A stretch of 63,702 nucleotides of DNA, filler included, from Rhizaria sp. SCN 62-66 (lineage: Eukaryota), in NCBI GenBank assembly GCA_001724265.1. It is 4 parts of 4 records of this genome, joined end to end, with 100 filler letters (N's around TTAATTAATTAA, not from the genome) between each part and the next. Parts side by side here need not be neighbours in the genome. Positions count along the whole stretch, not along the records: positions 51,430 to 63,702 come from MEDY01000535.1; 3 more parts are not named here. One strand, given 5' to 3'. This document shows, piece by piece, positions 61,201 to 63,702 of this stretch. Below the pieces are notes generated by a model, which saw only the letters and a list, made by a program, of their open reading frames with translations, searched no databases and had not been told where the DNA came from. Within the stretch, counting starts at the first letter, position 1. Each line of letters begins with the position of its first letter. The translations under genes and the position numbers were made by a program.

Positions 61201-63702
61201 CCGTACTCACCATGGCTATCTTCGACGGCGGGGCCGACCCCGGTCTGCGCAGCGACAACGTCATCGAGGACGCAGAGCTCGGCTACGGCACTGTCTGGAC
61301 CAAGACCGTTTCCGGCGATAGCGATGAGACGGCGCCGTCGACCTATGGCACGCTGGCGCTCACGCTGCCCGCGCTGGCGGCGCACACATTCGCGCTGGTG
61401 AACGACCCCACTTCGCAGTACTCGATGGACGGAACCCCCGCGTTTTCGGTCTACGGCGGCCGGTGGGTGCAGGAGACGCCTTACGCGACCAACTCGACCC
61501 CAACTGTGGACCAGATCTCCGGGTTCAAAACATTTTTAGCGACGACGGCTTCGACAGCTGCTCCGGAATCGAAGTACGTGCTAACTTTGAACAACAGAAA
61601 TATGCATATTTTACGTGACTGACTATCTCCAACTTTTTATTTGTACACATGTATCACTCATACTCACCCTTCAACTTCACTTTTGCTGCTTGCTCTGGAT
61701 CCGTTTCACCGTGTTCGTTTTACGCTACAGCACATACGCGTTCAGGAACCTGTTCAACTACCACGGTGGCAGCGTCCTGCCTCCCTACACCCAGCTGGTC
61801 ACGCCCTCAGTATCGTATCCGCGCCCCCTGTCCGCGAGCTTCACGACTGCGATGAACGAAGTGCGGGTCACCTTCGACTTGGCGACGCAACAGCCGCGCA
61901 ACACGACATCCGCGTCGACCGAAAACTGCGCCGTCGTGCTCGACCAAACTACGCTGTTGCCATTCGGGGATGGGGCTGTCTGCGCATGGATTTCGCCCAC
62001 AGGTACGTTAATACTCAGTGCTACTCTGTTCAGCGTTGGGATTATGAATCAACCAACGACCCGGCCACGCCCCTCGACTCGGCTCGAAATCTGTGCACTC
62101 TCATTTCCCTTGTCTTCAATCTCACGCCTATTTATTTCGTTATTCTTTCTTGCTCTTTGTTCCCTCATTTTTTGCCGACACGCACAGTCTTCAGCATGGT
62201 ACTCGGCGTATCCTTCACGGTCCGCGTCAACTTCCAACTCGCCTTTCTCGGCAACGTAGTCCGGCGCGCCGGCACCGAGGGTGCCGCTTACCTTCCGTTT
62301 ACTCTGCTTCCTCTCACCGCGCCCGCAATCAGCCCTCTCGCCCCGGTGCCCGTCATCACAACGCAAACCACGGTGGGGCCCTGCGATGGCCTCACGCTGT
62401 CGACCGCAGCCAGCACCAACAACGGTGGCCTCGCCTTCATTTATGTGTGGTCAGTCACGGGCAATACGTCACAGACCACTGCGTTTGCGACTTATTTGAA
62501 TGATACTTTCGGCGAATACAACGCGGGCGCGGTGTTCCGTGCGACTAAGTCCCCGATGTACGCGCCACTGCTCACGCTCACTCCCGCCGTGCTGGCCTCG
62601 ATCGTGGGCGACGGCCAGACCAGCACTTTCACGCTGAATCTGACGACTTGGTATGGTACTTCGCAGCAAACGAGCGTTTCCGTGACACGGGCCGCTGCAC
62701 CGCTGCCGCAAATTGCCATTGCGGGCAGCAAGTCCGTCGCCACATTGCCGCCGCGCAACGTGCTTGTAAATGCGCTGATTTCGCGTGTTGGTGTGTGCGA
62801 TACCACGACGGTGCGCGCGAATATCACGTACACGTGGGAGCAGGTGTTCGTGCCTGCAGATAGTAACATCACTGTCGAGGCCACGGGTGACTTAGCGTCA
62901 CTGCGCATCCGCGCCTATGCGATGAAGGCGCGTGCAGAGCCGTACCAGTTTAAGGTCTCTGTGTTCGACAACGCCAACGGCAACGAGTACAACAACTCTG
63001 ACATCGTGTACGTGACCGTGAGCGCATCACCGTTGCGTGCATCGTTGACTGGCGGTGACCGTGTTCACACGACGCAACTACCCCTCACTCTCTCTGCTGC
63101 AGCCTCTCGCGACCCCGACGTTAACCCAGCAACCGACGCACCGTCTGCGGGCTTAACCTTTGTGTGGACGTGCGTGAACAACCTAACACCCACTGAACTT
63201 TGTTTCGGTGTCAACACAGCTATGCTCTTGGCGAATCTTACTTCAGCGACACCCAGCGTACTCACTGTGCCTGCGGAAAGGTTGACTTTCAACGTACCCG
63301 AAGGGATGACTTCACTTCGTTTCTCTGTTACCGTGGGCAAGGAGGCTGGCCGCCCCACTGTTAGCGCAGTGACTGTTGTAACCCTTGTGCCTATTCGCCC
63401 TCAGTATGCGCTAGCAGTCGCCCCGCCAGACCGAGCGCAGTTGCTCCAGCAGAACCCCGTGGTACTGACTGCATACGTGTCGCGCGTAGACATCGGTCCC
63501 AGCACCGCCGCGAATGAAACGCGCAAACCAATCGCATTTTGGTCGTGCGACACGCGCAATGCGAACCTGGACGAGCCCGGACTGGTGTTGCACCGCAGCG
63601 CGACGCCCGCGAGCGACGGCTCGGGCCGCATGGTGCACACGCTTACCCTCGCCGGCGAGAAGCTCCTGCCCGGCGTAGTCTACACGATGCGTCTCTCGCT
63701 GT
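52265..63702 (+). CDS. Giant secreted or surface protein: signal peptide, kelch-type repeats, EGF-like modules and a REJ (polycystin-1-like) region; about 3,380 codons visible, 3' truncated, two in-frame TAG codons
   Basis: Exons 52265-53623, 53851-54637, 54851-57267, 57434-57735, 57867-59460, 59676-61573, 61731-62002 and 62188->63702, all GT-AG and phase-consistent. Signal MLSFLRPLALAILFLASLTTA; PGARxGA...LFGG...DLW blades; EGF modules CNNKGTC..CHC and CARNPCVNGGVC...CTCPAGYFGEHC; REJ-like VGPCDGLTLS..S..NGG...YVWSV and SPLRASLTGGDR...SRDPD...LTFVWTC. TAG at 53336 and 60582. Confidence 0.85.

Noticed and set aside
62257-62259. TAG ending ORF 61615-62259 as another readthrough site
   Set aside because: That ORF runs through intron 62003-62187; the spliced exon 8 frame reads GGC AAC GTA GTC and is open.

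Overview
Eukaryotic (protist-type) genomic DNA with GC-rich exons and short, mostly AT/pyrimidine-rich spliceosomal introns. The window is four unrelated contigs joined by artificial 100-nt N-TTAATTAATTAA-N spacers (19122-19221, 37698-37797, 51330-51429). Contig 1: 3' end of RPS24, a CDKL kinase with a polyQ tail, a 7-exon eIF2-gamma, a frameshifted low-complexity gene, a MORN-repeat gene and the C-terminal part of Sec5/EXOC2. Contig 2: TPR/Mlp nucleoporin, a C2H2 zinc-finger gene and a Zn(II)2Cys6 gene. Contig 3: PTC7-like phosphatase, cathepsin B, TPP2 and RPT6. Contig 4: a >3,300-codon secreted kelch/EGF/REJ protein. Main observation: all 13 genes with a visible end can be read to a TAA (12 unambiguously), while TAG occurs three times in frame inside sequence that continues as coding (25380, 53336, 60582). 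This suggests a nuclear code in which UAG is a rare sense codon; it remains a hypothesis from three codons. Other notable points: a strongly GTACG-biased 5' splice site (17 of 20 introns), a possible intron born by AGGT tandem duplication in the MORN gene, and an inverted remnant of the last cathepsin B exon inside that gene's first intron.
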